Of a stretch of DNA of 64,000 bases, positions 1 through 8,997 are shown piece by piece; position 1 is the stretch's first letter, and each line of letters starts with the position of its first letter. The stretch is taken from positions 5,383-69,382 of the forward strand of contig CAYOTA010000001.1 in the NCBI GenBank assembly GCA_964406795.1, read 5' to 3'. The DNA comes from an uncultured Gammaproteobacteria bacterium. GTDB lineage: Bacteria; Patescibacteriota; Microgenomatia; Levybacterales; GWA1-39-11. Both the position numbers and the translations under genes were made by a program. The notes below the pieces were generated by a model. That model was not told where the DNA came from and searched no databases. It was given only the letters and a program-made list of their open reading frames with translations.

Positions 1-429
1 CTCAGTATAAATATTTGTTAAAAAAAATGAAGTAGGAAATGAAATAAATAGCAAAAGCACCCAAAAAGGGGATTTTTTAGCATTATCTATTATGAGTAAC
101 TTGTAAAAGGTTAACAGTAGAAAAAATAAGGCTAATACTGAAACAGCTGTTCCGGCAGCAGATGGATTAATAACAAAAATATTTGTAAAAGCCCAAATAG
201 TGATTGGGTAGAGAGGGAAGAACGCTTGGTCAAGCCCCCTGTACCAGTATTGGGATATTGTAAGATAATACACCCCGTCAAAATTTGCTTGAGGTATAAA
301 CCCCAAATAACCTATTCTTTGTGGAAATACATATTTCAAGCTCTCAATGTAAATAAAATAAATTCTCCACAGACTTAATATTAAAATAATAAGTAATGGA
401 ACTTTATATTTTTTGAAGAACTTTCTCAT
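1..429 (-). CDS. Polytopic membrane protein, N-terminal 143 aa only; the gene continues beyond the left window edge. Likely another GT-C-type membrane protein.
   Basis: Minus-strand reading frame runs open from an ATG at 427-429 to position 1 with no stop. It is absent from the ORF track because it is incomplete. The translation (MRKFFKKYKVPLLIILILSLWRIYF...QYWYRGLDQAFFPLYPITIWAF...) is hydrophobic with multiple TM helices. It overlaps the 3' end of the downstream GT4 gene by 26 nt in another frame. Confidence 0.4.
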   Translation of the reverse strand, partial: MRKFFKKYKVPLLIILILSLWRIYFIYIESLKYVFPQRIGYLGFIPQANFDGVYYLTISQYWYRGLDQAFFPLYPITIWAFTNIFVINPSAAGTAVSVLALFFLLLTFYKLLIIDNAKKSPFWVLLLFISFPTSFFLTNIYTE

Positions 430-1468
430 ATACTTTTATTGTACTGTCAGAGGTTTTTTTCCATGAAAATTTTTCAGCCTGTGTAAGTCCCTTTTCAGAA
501 TACTCAGAATGAATTTTCTTATTACTGCTTAGAGTGTTAATGGCATGAGATATTTCTTTTACATTTAGAGGATCCACGTAGTACCCCGCTTCTCCTGCTA
601 CTTCTGGTATGCTCCCTGCCTGAGATGTAATTACGGGACATCCACATGCTGCTGCTTCTAAAATAGGCAAGCCAAAACCTTCATATAGTGATGGGAATAC
701 AAACACTTCCGCCATATTATAAAGCTGCACTAGATCCATATCTGGGACATATCCTAAAATACGTATATCTTTGTGATCACTCGCAATCATTTGCACGTAC
801 AACAGGTCTTTGTTCCAAGGATGACTATCAACTTCGGTTTTACCAAGTGCTCCTCCAGCTAAGACAAGCGGAATATTAGAAAGAAAACAAGCATCTAGGA
901 TGTTTTTCAAGTTTTTATTAGGTGTCGCGTCCCCTACATACAGAGCAAACTTTTCAGGTAATTGATACTTTTCTTGTAAAATTTTTCGATCTATATCTGA
1001 TATTTTTATTTTTTTAAAATGATTTGCGGCAGCTAAGTGAATAGGAAATACTTTTTCTGGTTTTATTCCCATGAGCCTTACTATATCTTTCTTAGAAGAT
1101 TCGGAATCCGTAATTATTGCATCATAATTTCGTGCTAAATTCTTTTGGATAAAATACTTAATTGCTCCTTTAATTCCAATAGGAAACATTTTAGGAAATA
1201 GTAACGGTGTTAAGTCATGAATTGTAATAACGCTTTTTTTTGTTTTTGTTAAGGGTAGAGAAAGAAAAAAAGGATCAAAATAAGGATAATGGATAATATC
1301 TATATGTTTACTAAGTTTTTCACCTTGAGTAAATAATTCGTACTTATTCTCAGGATGAAAGTCTCTTAAAGCCTCAATGAGATTTTTTGTATAAAAACCT
1401 GTTCCTCTTATTTTATGAGCAAGTTTGTGCGTTGAAACAAGTGGTGAATTATCTATTCCTATAACCAT
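404..1468 (-). CDS. GT4-family glycosyltransferase (retaining, GT-B fold).
   Basis: C-terminal GT4 signature 'VFVFPSLYEGFGLPILEAAACGCPVITSQAGSIPEV' (the E-x7-E nucleotide-sugar-binding motif); the size of about 350 aa fits. Confidence 0.8.
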   Translation of the reverse strand: MVIGIDNSPLVSTHKLAHKIRGTGFYTKNLIEALRDFHPENKYELFTQGEKLSKHIDIIHYPYFDPFFLSLPLTKTKKSVITIHDLTPLLFPKMFPIGIKGAIKYFIQKNLARNYDAIITDSESSKKDIVRLMGIKPEKVFPIHLAAANHFKKIKISDIDRKILQEKYQLPEKFALYVGDATPNKNLKNILDACFLSNIPLVLAGGALGKTEVDSHPWNKDLLYVQMIASDHKDIRILGYVPDMDLVQLYNMAEVFVFPSLYEGFGLPILEAAACGCPVITSQAGSIPEVAGEAGYYVDPLNVKEISHAINTLSSNKKIHSEYSEKGLTQAEKFSWKKTSDSTIKVYEKVLQKI

Positions 1469-3107
1469 GGATTAATTGTATCACAGTACTTTTAAACAAT
1501 ACGTAGAGGACAAAAATAAAAGCGGCTGCCGTAATTAGCTTGGAAATCATTCTGACATATGTATCTTTAAATATAAGCTCCACATTTTTTTCATTTCCTT
1601 CCAGTAATACAGTTATTCTCCCTTCTTTTTCAAACATTTCGAGCTCTTTATTATTGCTGTAAGCCCTCCAGCCCGGGAAATACGCGGTATTAAAAGTAGC
1701 GGTTTGCACAGAGTTACTATCAAGCGAGAATGATTTATAAGTTGGGGTATTTTTCAAAACACGAATCTCCCCGCTTCCGCTTAATTCTGCGGCATTTGTG
1801 GCGAGAACATTTTGCAGTGGCAACCACTTTGTATTAAAACCATTTCCAATGCTGTTTGTTGCATAAATAAAATTTGGATTTGTAGTGTAATATGAATCTG
1901 TTCTGGAAAGCATATAAGGAGGTTTTGCATACCCATACGTTGATGAAATCATGACCAACACTAAACCTATATACACTAGTCTATTTTTGAATATACCAGC
2001 AAGACTACCCGCAAGAACAGCGCAGCAAAGAATAACAATACTTAATATTCTCCATGGAAACTGGAAGTAACCCATGGGTTTTATTAATTCCCAAATAAAA
2101 CTAGAATATGAAGTTACAAGAAAACTTGATATAAAAACCCATAACAAGTAAAACAAAACGTATCTTTTTTCTTTTTTAATTCTTTTCATGAGAAATGCTA
2201 GTAACACAACTCCAATCACCAATATATTTGCAAGTCCTATCTGAAATGACATTTGAGTTCCTGAACTTATACCAGAGTATCCAGATCCCCAGGATGGAAT
2301 AAGTAGCTGGAATATTTCTGGAAAGTGATCTTGGTAATTAAACGTGTTAAGACCTACAACATACTGTTTTTCAATTATTGCAGGTATAACGAATATTGCA
2401 GATAATGCAAATGCAAGAAAGAAACTACCTGAAATATACATAATTATCTTTTTAGAAAACCCATTGGATACCAAATAAAATAATACATAGGATATGAGTA
2501 ATGTGATTAACATAAGGGATAGGATATTATGTGAAAATATAACTGCAGCAAGTGAAAGTGCAAAATAAGATAGGTTCTTAAGTGTCTGTTTTTGAAGCAA
2601 AACTTCTAATAAAATTAGCGTTAGTGGAAAAAATGCTAGTGCCCATACCTCCCCTACAGATCCCCTTACGTAAATGTCTAAAAAATGGTAAGGAGCATAC
2701 GTATAAAATACAGATGTTAATAACCCGCCCCAGTTGCCAAAGTGACGTCTTCCTAGGTAAAAAGACGTAATACTACCTACTAAGGTTGCAAGAATTAGGT
2801 TTAGCTTGAAAGAGTCAATAAATGATGCTCCAAAAAGACGGAATAAGCTTGCCATGTAATTTGGTAAAGGATACACATACGTGAAAAATGGCAGTCCATA
2901 ACCATAATTAAAATGCTCTGCCCATACTGGGTACCAACTACCGTGTCTTAACGTGTTGTCAAATTCATAAAACCTAACCACATGATATTCACCGTCATGT
3001 GTAGGTGGTAGCCCATACTGAAATAATGGCAACACGGAAACAAATGCCAAAAAGACTGAGATAATTAAATATTTATATTTTGTAAATAACCCCAAATTCA
3101 TCTTCAT
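1449..3107 (-). CDS. GT-C-fold-like polytopic membrane protein, family A (YfhO/PTPS-related-like), paralog 1 of 4.
   Basis: 552 aa with more than 10 predicted TM helices. It has the N-terminal motif 'LPPTHDGEYHVVR...YGYGLPFF' and the C-terminal 'AYFPGWRAY'. Both are shared with 24664..26316, 30347..32065 and 32086..33741; the C-terminal motif also occurs in the YfhO-like proteins of this window. Confidence 0.55.
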   Translation of the reverse strand: MKMNLGLFTKYKYLIISVFLAFVSVLPLFQYGLPPTHDGEYHVVRFYEFDNTLRHGSWYPVWAEHFNYGYGLPFFTYVYPLPNYMASLFRLFGASFIDSFKLNLILATLVGSITSFYLGRRHFGNWGGLLTSVFYTYAPYHFLDIYVRGSVGEVWALAFFPLTLILLEVLLQKQTLKNLSYFALSLAAVIFSHNILSLMLITLLISYVLFYLVSNGFSKKIIMYISGSFFLAFALSAIFVIPAIIEKQYVVGLNTFNYQDHFPEIFQLLIPSWGSGYSGISSGTQMSFQIGLANILVIGVVLLAFLMKRIKKEKRYVLFYLLWVFISSFLVTSYSSFIWELIKPMGYFQFPWRILSIVILCCAVLAGSLAGIFKNRLVYIGLVLVMISSTYGYAKPPYMLSRTDSYYTTNPNFIYATNSIGNGFNTKWLPLQNVLATNAAELSGSGEIRVLKNTPTYKSFSLDSNSVQTATFNTAYFPGWRAYSNNKELEMFEKEGRITVLLEGNEKNVELIFKDTYVRMISKLITAAAFIFVLYVLFKSTVIQLIHGYRNR

Positions 3108-4881
3108 ATATTATTTTATAATTTTTTTTTAAAAACACCTTATTTATTTCTAAAAGATTTTTAACCCGCTTGTCTTTATAGGTAATTATATACTGAATTT
3201 CGCCTGCTGTAGGCAGTTTTTTGGTGTTTAAATATAAAATTCTATTCTGTGATCTTTTGGCTGGATCCCCGCCGTATAAATACACGTAGTGAGGCCTACC
3301 AATATAGGTTTTTATTCCAACAATGGATGAAGGATCGTATATCTCACCATTTGTTAGTGTTATATTCTTTTTATCGATTGTTTTTTTCATAAATTTAAAA
3401 ATACTGTAGTTTTTATAGTCAGGAATAGTTGCATATATATCATTTTTTATAACAGCGACGTTGGAAAGAGATGTAAATATAGTAAGTATAAAAAGAAAAA
3501 GTGCCGTTACTCTTAAATAAATATTTTTCTTGTATAGGTACCACAAAAAGTAAGCAGCATAAAACGACATAAACAAGTACACTAGATTGAAAAACTTATG
3601 GTTATCAAACATGTCTTGAGAGAATTTAAATAAATTAGGAATTAAAAAAATTATAAGTAAGCAAAGAAATAGTACTTTTTGTTTTTTATTTGATATAAAA
3701 AATCCTCCTATTATGGCAATTAGTGTAAAACCAATATTAATAACCCAAAATACCAAAAATCTTGGAAGAGTTAGGCTTGCATGCATGAGATAACCAGGTA
3801 AGAATTGTATATTGGTGGTTTTTGAGTCCATGTTTGGTAAAAAAAACAAGAAGGTAAAGACCATGCATGAAGCAGTAAATACAAATAATGTTTTCCATGC
3901 TCTATAAATAGATAAGTACAATGCAATAAGCAAGGCACAGGAAATAAAAATCGGCACATTCCAAAAATACATAATTGAAAGCATCAGGCCATAAAACAAT
4001 GTTAAAATTGTGTTATTTTTTTTAAATTCAATAATTTTTAAAGCTACCATGGTAAATATCAGCGTCAAAGATAGTGCAAAAATTAAATGTCTTTGATTTA
4101 TGTACACATTCAAATAAAGAAAATTACCGGCAGTATACTCACCCAAAAAACTTGAAAAGTCATATGCTTGCGTACGCCATACAGCCAACGGACTCTCACG
4201 TATAGCGCTGAAGAAGGAAAAATTGAATGGCAAAAAAAATATGACTGCTGCTAAAATTCCTATGTATTTCTTATTAAAAACTGCTTTGCCAAAATCCATC
4301 AATACAAATACTAAAGATGAAAAGGTTAAAGCAGATATCGTATTGTAAGCAACATCTATCCTTAATCCAGAGTATTCAAGAAGTCCTGCATAAAAATCGA
4401 ACATAAAATGATACGGAATATTAGAGTTTGCATAAAATGGTATTTGGAAAGGGAAGTTTACATCATTAGAAAAAGATCTAATAAAAGGAATATGCGCACC
4501 CATATCCAAGTACATATTTGTAGAAATTAAAAAATTAAAGTTATCATATGAAAAAGCTTTATTGAAAATAATGTAGAAAAATGAGAGTAATAGTAAAAAA
4601 ACAAAGTATTTTAACTTAACCGTAAATAATTCATTAAACGATAAATTTAACCGAGATGAAATGAAAAAAAAGATTAATATTATAAATAGCCATACATATA
4701 TGGAACCCTGCAGATTTGAGAGAAGGTATGATCGCAACAAGTAAATAACCGGCAGGGATACAAATGACCCCAACAGATATATGTAAGGTATGTAAAAAGA
4801 GCCTGGAAGATACTTTTTGAGTACATTAACAAGAAGAATACCGCTTAAAAATACTCCAGCAAAAATTAAAAGAATATTCAT
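3073..4881 (-). CDS. Large polytopic membrane protein (602 aa), putative GT-C-type glycosyltransferase. Family unassigned.
   Basis: The N-terminal region of about 450 aa is extremely hydrophobic and Phe/Ile/Leu-rich. A soluble C-terminal domain of about 120 aa contains 'GRPHYVYLYGGDPAKRSQNRILYL'. It sits inside the glycosylation array and is translationally coupled to its neighbours. Confidence 0.4.
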   Translation of the reverse strand: MNILLIFAGVFLSGILLVNVLKKYLPGSFYIPYIYLLGSFVSLPVIYLLRSYLLSNLQGSIYVWLFIILIFFFISSRLNLSFNELFTVKLKYFVFLLLLSFFYIIFNKAFSYDNFNFLISTNMYLDMGAHIPFIRSFSNDVNFPFQIPFYANSNIPYHFMFDFYAGLLEYSGLRIDVAYNTISALTFSSLVFVLMDFGKAVFNKKYIGILAAVIFFLPFNFSFFSAIRESPLAVWRTQAYDFSSFLGEYTAGNFLYLNVYINQRHLIFALSLTLIFTMVALKIIEFKKNNTILTLFYGLMLSIMYFWNVPIFISCALLIALYLSIYRAWKTLFVFTASCMVFTFLFFLPNMDSKTTNIQFLPGYLMHASLTLPRFLVFWVINIGFTLIAIIGGFFISNKKQKVLFLCLLIIFLIPNLFKFSQDMFDNHKFFNLVYLFMSFYAAYFLWYLYKKNIYLRVTALFLFILTIFTSLSNVAVIKNDIYATIPDYKNYSIFKFMKKTIDKKNITLTNGEIYDPSSIVGIKTYIGRPHYVYLYGGDPAKRSQNRILYLNTKKLPTAGEIQYIITYKDKRVKNLLEINKVFLKKNYKIIYEDEFGVIYKI

Positions 4882-5987
4882 ACTTTTAATACTTTTTGTA
4901 TAACTTTAAGAAAAATATATGACAAAATTGTAAAACTTACAGCAAATAGTACCTTTAATAAAACGTAATAGTAGCCTGTGTACATATATGGAATATAACT
5001 TGCTAAAAGTCCAATTGACAGGCATCCAGTAAGTATATGTAATTTTTTATTATTAATAAGTGCTACGAATGGTAGTATCCATATAAAGTACCATGGATAC
5101 ATCTCTTCCCGTACGGGAGACAAGATAAATATAATGGTCATACAAATTAGTGAGATTTTCCATATTTTATAAGTGTTAATTTTTTCTTTCTTTAAGTTTT
5201 TATAAAGCATATACCCCCACACAGGTAACAGAAATATTGTGGCAAATTTAATTAACACTGAAAACATGAATGATAAGGTTGATTGTACGTTTTTTCCTTT
5301 TATAAATAGATAAAACCCTAAGAACACAAAAAACATCATAACAATATCATTATGTCCACTCACAAATATCTCAATAATAACTAGTGGATTTAGTGCAAAG
5401 AATGCAACAGTAAATAAATTTCTGGAAATTTTATAAAGTAAGTAAACAGTCCCCAAAAAGAATATTGATACAAATATTTTAAATAAAAATAATTGCACCA
5501 CTACGCTACCAAATGAAAGATAGTATGGTATACCAGTTAAAGCAATCCACCCAGGACCATATAATGCATATTTATTGGCTGCCCGCGTATAAAGAAGCAT
5601 AGAGTCATTTATAAATTCTACAGGCATAACTAAATACGGGTTTTCAAAGTAGAAAAAAGTTACTTTTGCAGTTGCAAGGTAGTTAAAAATATCATATGAA
5701 ATAATTGCAGGGTATGATGCTATAAGAAATAAAGAGATTAAAATTAAAATACATACATCCTGTATGTCCAGTTCTTTTTTTTGTATTTTGTAAAGAACAT
5801 ATCCGTAAATTATAAAAATACCTATCACTAGTACCGTATATAAAATGGAAACAAGAAGTCTGTGAGAATATGCTATATTTGTAAAAATACTTTTATAATA
5901 AATAAAATTAGGATCAATAAACAAATAACTTAGGAGCACAAAGAAAAATATTAAAATTCCATAGATTGCAAAAAGTAATGTTTTCAT
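4878..5987 (-). CDS. DUF2029/GT87-like integral membrane mannosyltransferase-like protein.
   Basis: 369 aa and polytopic. It shares 'YD(I/F)FNY...ENPY...YGP(G/V)W(I/L)ALT(G/I)P' with 42034..43197. The pattern resembles GT87 / DUF2029 family glycosyltransferases (family assignment from memory, not searched). Confidence 0.45.
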   Translation of the reverse strand: MKTLLFAIYGILIFFFVLLSYLFIDPNFIYYKSIFTNIAYSHRLLVSILYTVLVIGIFIIYGYVLYKIQKKELDIQDVCILILISLFLIASYPAIISYDIFNYLATAKVTFFYFENPYLVMPVEFINDSMLLYTRAANKYALYGPGWIALTGIPYYLSFGSVVVQLFLFKIFVSIFFLGTVYLLYKISRNLFTVAFFALNPLVIIEIFVSGHNDIVMMFFVFLGFYLFIKGKNVQSTLSFMFSVLIKFATIFLLPVWGYMLYKNLKKEKINTYKIWKISLICMTIIFILSPVREEMYPWYFIWILPFVALINNKKLHILTGCLSIGLLASYIPYMYTGYYYVLLKVLFAVSFTILSYIFLKVIQKVLKV

Positions 5988-5989
5988 CT

Positions 5990-6508
5990 TTATCTTAGTG
6001 TTCTTATGTCTACTGCATCGTCAATTTGTTTTTTTATATTGAGCAGAAGTGGTGCTTTCTTTTCATCTTGCCATAAAAATTGGGTGGGTAATTTAGGTAA
6101 TAATTCAGTCAATAATTCTACATGTTTTAATGACGCTTCATTGTATGTTTTTTGTATCACCGAAATGTTCTTCTTAGACTCTTCTGCGGATTGTACCGAT
6201 GCATATGAATTTTTAAAATACATATTTGAGTTTTGAAGAGATTGAAGTGCTAAGGGATATTGGTCATACTCAAAAAGTATTTTTGCCTCAATTAAATACT
6301 TGTCTGCTTGAGCTAGATTGTATTTAAATTGTGCAATATCACCAAGGGTGTAAAAATACTTTGCACGGTCTAATAAGTCTGAAAGCAAATAAAGCTTATT
6401 ACCCGGCATTACACCCGGATAGGGCATGACATATGAAGACTTCGCATATACAGATGTGACACTCACAAAGAAAAAAAGAGTTATAAAAAATACAACAATT
6501 TTGCTCAT
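5990..6508 (-). CDS. Secreted or membrane-anchored hypothetical protein.
   Basis: The ORF track gives 5990..6532. An internal ATG at 6506-6508 forms an ATGA overlap with the galE stop codon. It also yields a classic signal peptide / N-terminal anchor 'MSKIVVFFITLFFFVSVTSVYAKSS'. The rest of the protein is helical and Lys/Glu-rich. No recognised domain. Confidence 0.45.
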   Translation of the reverse strand: MSKIVVFFITLFFFVSVTSVYAKSSYVMPYPGVMPGNKLYLLSDLLDRAKYFYTLGDIAQFKYNLAQADKYLIEAKILFEYDQYPLALQSLQNSNMYFKNSYASVQSAEESKKNISVIQKTYNEASLKHVELLTELLPKLPTQFLWQDEKKAPLLLNIKKQIDDAVDIRTLR

Positions 6509-7476
6509 GAATTGCCACTTCTTGTATGCCATACATATGCGCTTTCTACTATTGTTTTAAGATCGGAATATTTAGGTATAAATCCTAATTCAGAACTTAT
6601 TCTACTTGGATCAGCAATGAGTGAATCAGGATCCCCTGCTCTTCTTTGATCCAACACAATATGTAATTTCTTATTTGTTACCTTTTCAATCATATCTACT
6701 ATGTCTTTATTTGAATACCTCTTTCCGGTACCCACATTATATACGCTGCTCGTTTTCTCCTTCATCTTATCAAGTGCCAACAAATGCGCTTCTACTAAGT
6801 CTAAAACATGTATGTAGTCTCTCACGCAAGTACCATCAGGAGTATCATAATCATTTCCGTATATATGAAAGTCTTTTCCATTTTGAAGCGCTTTTAGTGC
6901 AAGGGGAATGATATGTGACTCAGGATTATGTCGCTCGCCCATTGATCCATCGAGCGCGGCCCCAGAGGCATTAAAATAACGCAATGCAGTGAAAGATATT
7001 CCGTAAATTTGGTTATACCATTTGAGTATATCCTCTACCATAAGCTTACTTACTCCATAAGGACTTGTAGGATTCTTGGGATGATCTTCCGGAATGGGAA
7101 GAGTTATGGGATTTCCATAAACAGCAGCAGTGGATGAAAAAATAAGTTTTACTTCTTTCTCTTTTATATTATCTAAAATATTGAGTGCTCCTAAAATATT
7201 GGATTCAAAATACATTCCAGGCTCTCTCATTGACTCTGCGACTGATATAAGTCCTGCAAAGTGTATTACTGCGTCAAATTTGTTATCTTTAAAAACTTTC
7301 TCAACAAATGTTTTATCAAGGAGATTACCCTCTAGGATCTGTGCTTTCGGGTCAACTGCTTCCCTATAGCCTCTCTCAAAACTATCTAAAACAATTACAG
7401 AGTCTCTACGATCCACCAAAGCTTTTACCATAAAGCTTCCAATATACCCACCGCCGCCAGTTACTAAAATATTCAT
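6505..7476 (-). CDS. galE: UDP-glucose 4-epimerase (NAD-dependent SDR).
   Basis: 'MNILVTGGGGYIGSFMVKAL' Rossmann GxxGxxG motif and the catalytic YxxxK 'YGVSKLMVEDIL'. The 'YFNASGA', 'DGTCVRDYIHVLDLVEAHL' and C-terminal 'VGTGKRYSNKDI' blocks are typical of GalE. Length is 323 aa. Confidence 0.9.
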   Translation of the reverse strand: MNILVTGGGGYIGSFMVKALVDRRDSVIVLDSFERGYREAVDPKAQILEGNLLDKTFVEKVFKDNKFDAVIHFAGLISVAESMREPGMYFESNILGALNILDNIKEKEVKLIFSSTAAVYGNPITLPIPEDHPKNPTSPYGVSKLMVEDILKWYNQIYGISFTALRYFNASGAALDGSMGERHNPESHIIPLALKALQNGKDFHIYGNDYDTPDGTCVRDYIHVLDLVEAHLLALDKMKEKTSSVYNVGTGKRYSNKDIVDMIEKVTNKKLHIVLDQRRAGDPDSLIADPSRISSELGFIPKYSDLKTIVESAYVWHTRSGNS

Positions 7477-8249
7477 ATTTTTGAACGTACGTACAATATA
7501 TATGATACAGGAAACCTAAGTGCTGAGAAAAGGGAGAATATAAACCCTGGCCACAAATCCATAAAACCTTTATGTCTTCCAAACGTCCATAAAAACCACC
7601 ATGCTGGCTTAAAAAGGAGATATGAGAAAAAGGCCCATATCTTATAACGTATTGATGCTTTTTTAAGTTCTTGGGCAATTTGATCCGATGCAAAAATATT
7701 ATATCTGCTCCATTTTGAAAGATATGCGGAAAAGTTTTTATAGGGATTATGAAGAAGCGCTTCTTTTAAATACTCAACCTCACCATCCACAACCGCTTGC
7801 TCATGAACGTCTTTTTGCGGAAGCCTTCCCTTGCCATTTTTATATAATCTAAGCGTATAGTCAGGGTATTGGCCACCTTTCATTAAAAACCTTCCTAAAA
7901 ACCAATTTTTGCGTGGAATCCAATAACCGTTAACCTTACCTACATTATTATCTATCTTTTCGAGAATCTCTTTTTTTAGTCCTGGAGACACTTTTTCATC
8001 GGCATCAAGTTGCAATATCCATGGGTACTTACAACTATCAATAGCAATTTGCTTATTGATGTGAAAATTCTTATTATTTGGCTTACTTATGACCTTGGCC
8101 CCCAACTCTCGAGCGAGTGCAGGAGTACCATCTGTGGACTCCCCATCCACTATTACTATTTCGTTAGCAAAATCTTTTAGTGAATCCAAGCACGTTTTAA
8201 TGTTTGAAGACTCATTGAATGTAGCTAGCGCAACTGATAACCTACCCAT
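7473..8249 (-). CDS. GT2-family glycosyltransferase (paralog group with 21558.. and 27232..).
   Basis: 'LSVALATFNESSNIKTCLDSL...IVIVDGESTDGT' GT-A N-terminus and the DXD motif 'LQLDADEKV'. The C-terminal 'YWIPRKNWFLG' block is shared with the two paralogs. Confidence 0.8.
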   Translation of the reverse strand: MGRLSVALATFNESSNIKTCLDSLKDFANEIVIVDGESTDGTPALARELGAKVISKPNNKNFHINKQIAIDSCKYPWILQLDADEKVSPGLKKEILEKIDNNVGKVNGYWIPRKNWFLGRFLMKGGQYPDYTLRLYKNGKGRLPQKDVHEQAVVDGEVEYLKEALLHNPYKNFSAYLSKWSRYNIFASDQIAQELKKASIRYKIWAFFSYLLFKPAWWFLWTFGRHKGFMDLWPGFIFSLFSALRFPVSYILYVRSKI

Positions 8250-8280
8250 ATGTTAATTATACATTTTAAAAACTCTTATT

Positions 8281-8916
8281 TCATGGTTTGCGCACCTTGA
8301 AAACCATTGCCATGCCTAGATTAAATCTTTTTTGAGATTCTATCTCAAAGCCTGATTTTTTTAGAAGTTTATAAAGTTTTTTAACCGTAAAGGAGTGTAG
8401 ATGGGAGTGATTCCAGACACTACCCTTACTAAGTCTCCACAAAAACCAAACCACTGAAAAAAGCAAACTTCCTGAATCGAGCTCAATTACAAGAATTCCA
8501 TTTTTTTTTAAAACTCTTTTTATTTCAGTCAAAACCAAACCCGGATCATCTACATGCTCTAGAACTTCAGTGCTAATAACTAAATCAAAGGTTTTTGTCT
8601 TGTATGAAATGCCGTGCGCGTCGCCAACCTTCAAATGCAGAGAGGGGTATTTTTTTGAACCATATTCTATTCCTTTTTCATGTATATCAATTCCATAACA
8701 CTCAGACTTAGAATATTTTCCTTTAACTTGTGACAAAAACCAACCAGACGCACAACCCACATCGAGTATTTTTTTAGGTTCCTTATCTATTTGAGATAGT
8801 ATTGCTTTTAATTTTCTGGTGTGCCAAGTTCTTTGAAAAAAATTATTTTTTACACCTCTTTGGTAGTAATCAGGAGGAACTTGCTCAATAACATCATTGT
8901 GAATATGCCGCTTCAT
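8281..8916 (-). CDS. Class I SAM-dependent methyltransferase.
   Basis: Motif I 'ILDVGCASGWF'. Motif post-I is an acidic residue followed by 'YGIDIHE'. The 'LVISTEVLEHVDDP' block is typical of UbiE/SmtA-like MTases. Substrate unknown; possibly sugar O-methylation given the context. Confidence 0.75.
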   Translation of the reverse strand: MKRHIHNDVIEQVPPDYYQRGVKNNFFQRTWHTRKLKAILSQIDKEPKKILDVGCASGWFLSQVKGKYSKSECYGIDIHEKGIEYGSKKYPSLHLKVGDAHGISYKTKTFDLVISTEVLEHVDDPGLVLTEIKRVLKKNGILVIELDSGSLLFSVVWFLWRLSKGSVWNHSHLHSFTVKKLYKLLKKSGFEIESQKRFNLGMAMVFKVRKP

Positions 8917-8997
8917 TTTAATGTGGTTAGTATATCATTATTCAAATTAACTTGAAACGTAGATATAAAACGAGATTTACCTACATTTGTGGATAGC

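Noticed and set aside
688-879. Numerous 60-145-aa ORFs in the six-frame track that lie antisense to, or nested within, the large minus-strand genes. Examples: 688-879, 2582-2770, 6006-6236, 11236-11439, 13024-13461, 28278-28937, 30450-30827.
   Set aside because: All are embedded in longer ORFs with clear domain signatures on the other strand or frame. Long stop-free stretches arise easily opposite lysine- and asparagine-rich coding sequence. No motifs or coupling signals were found.
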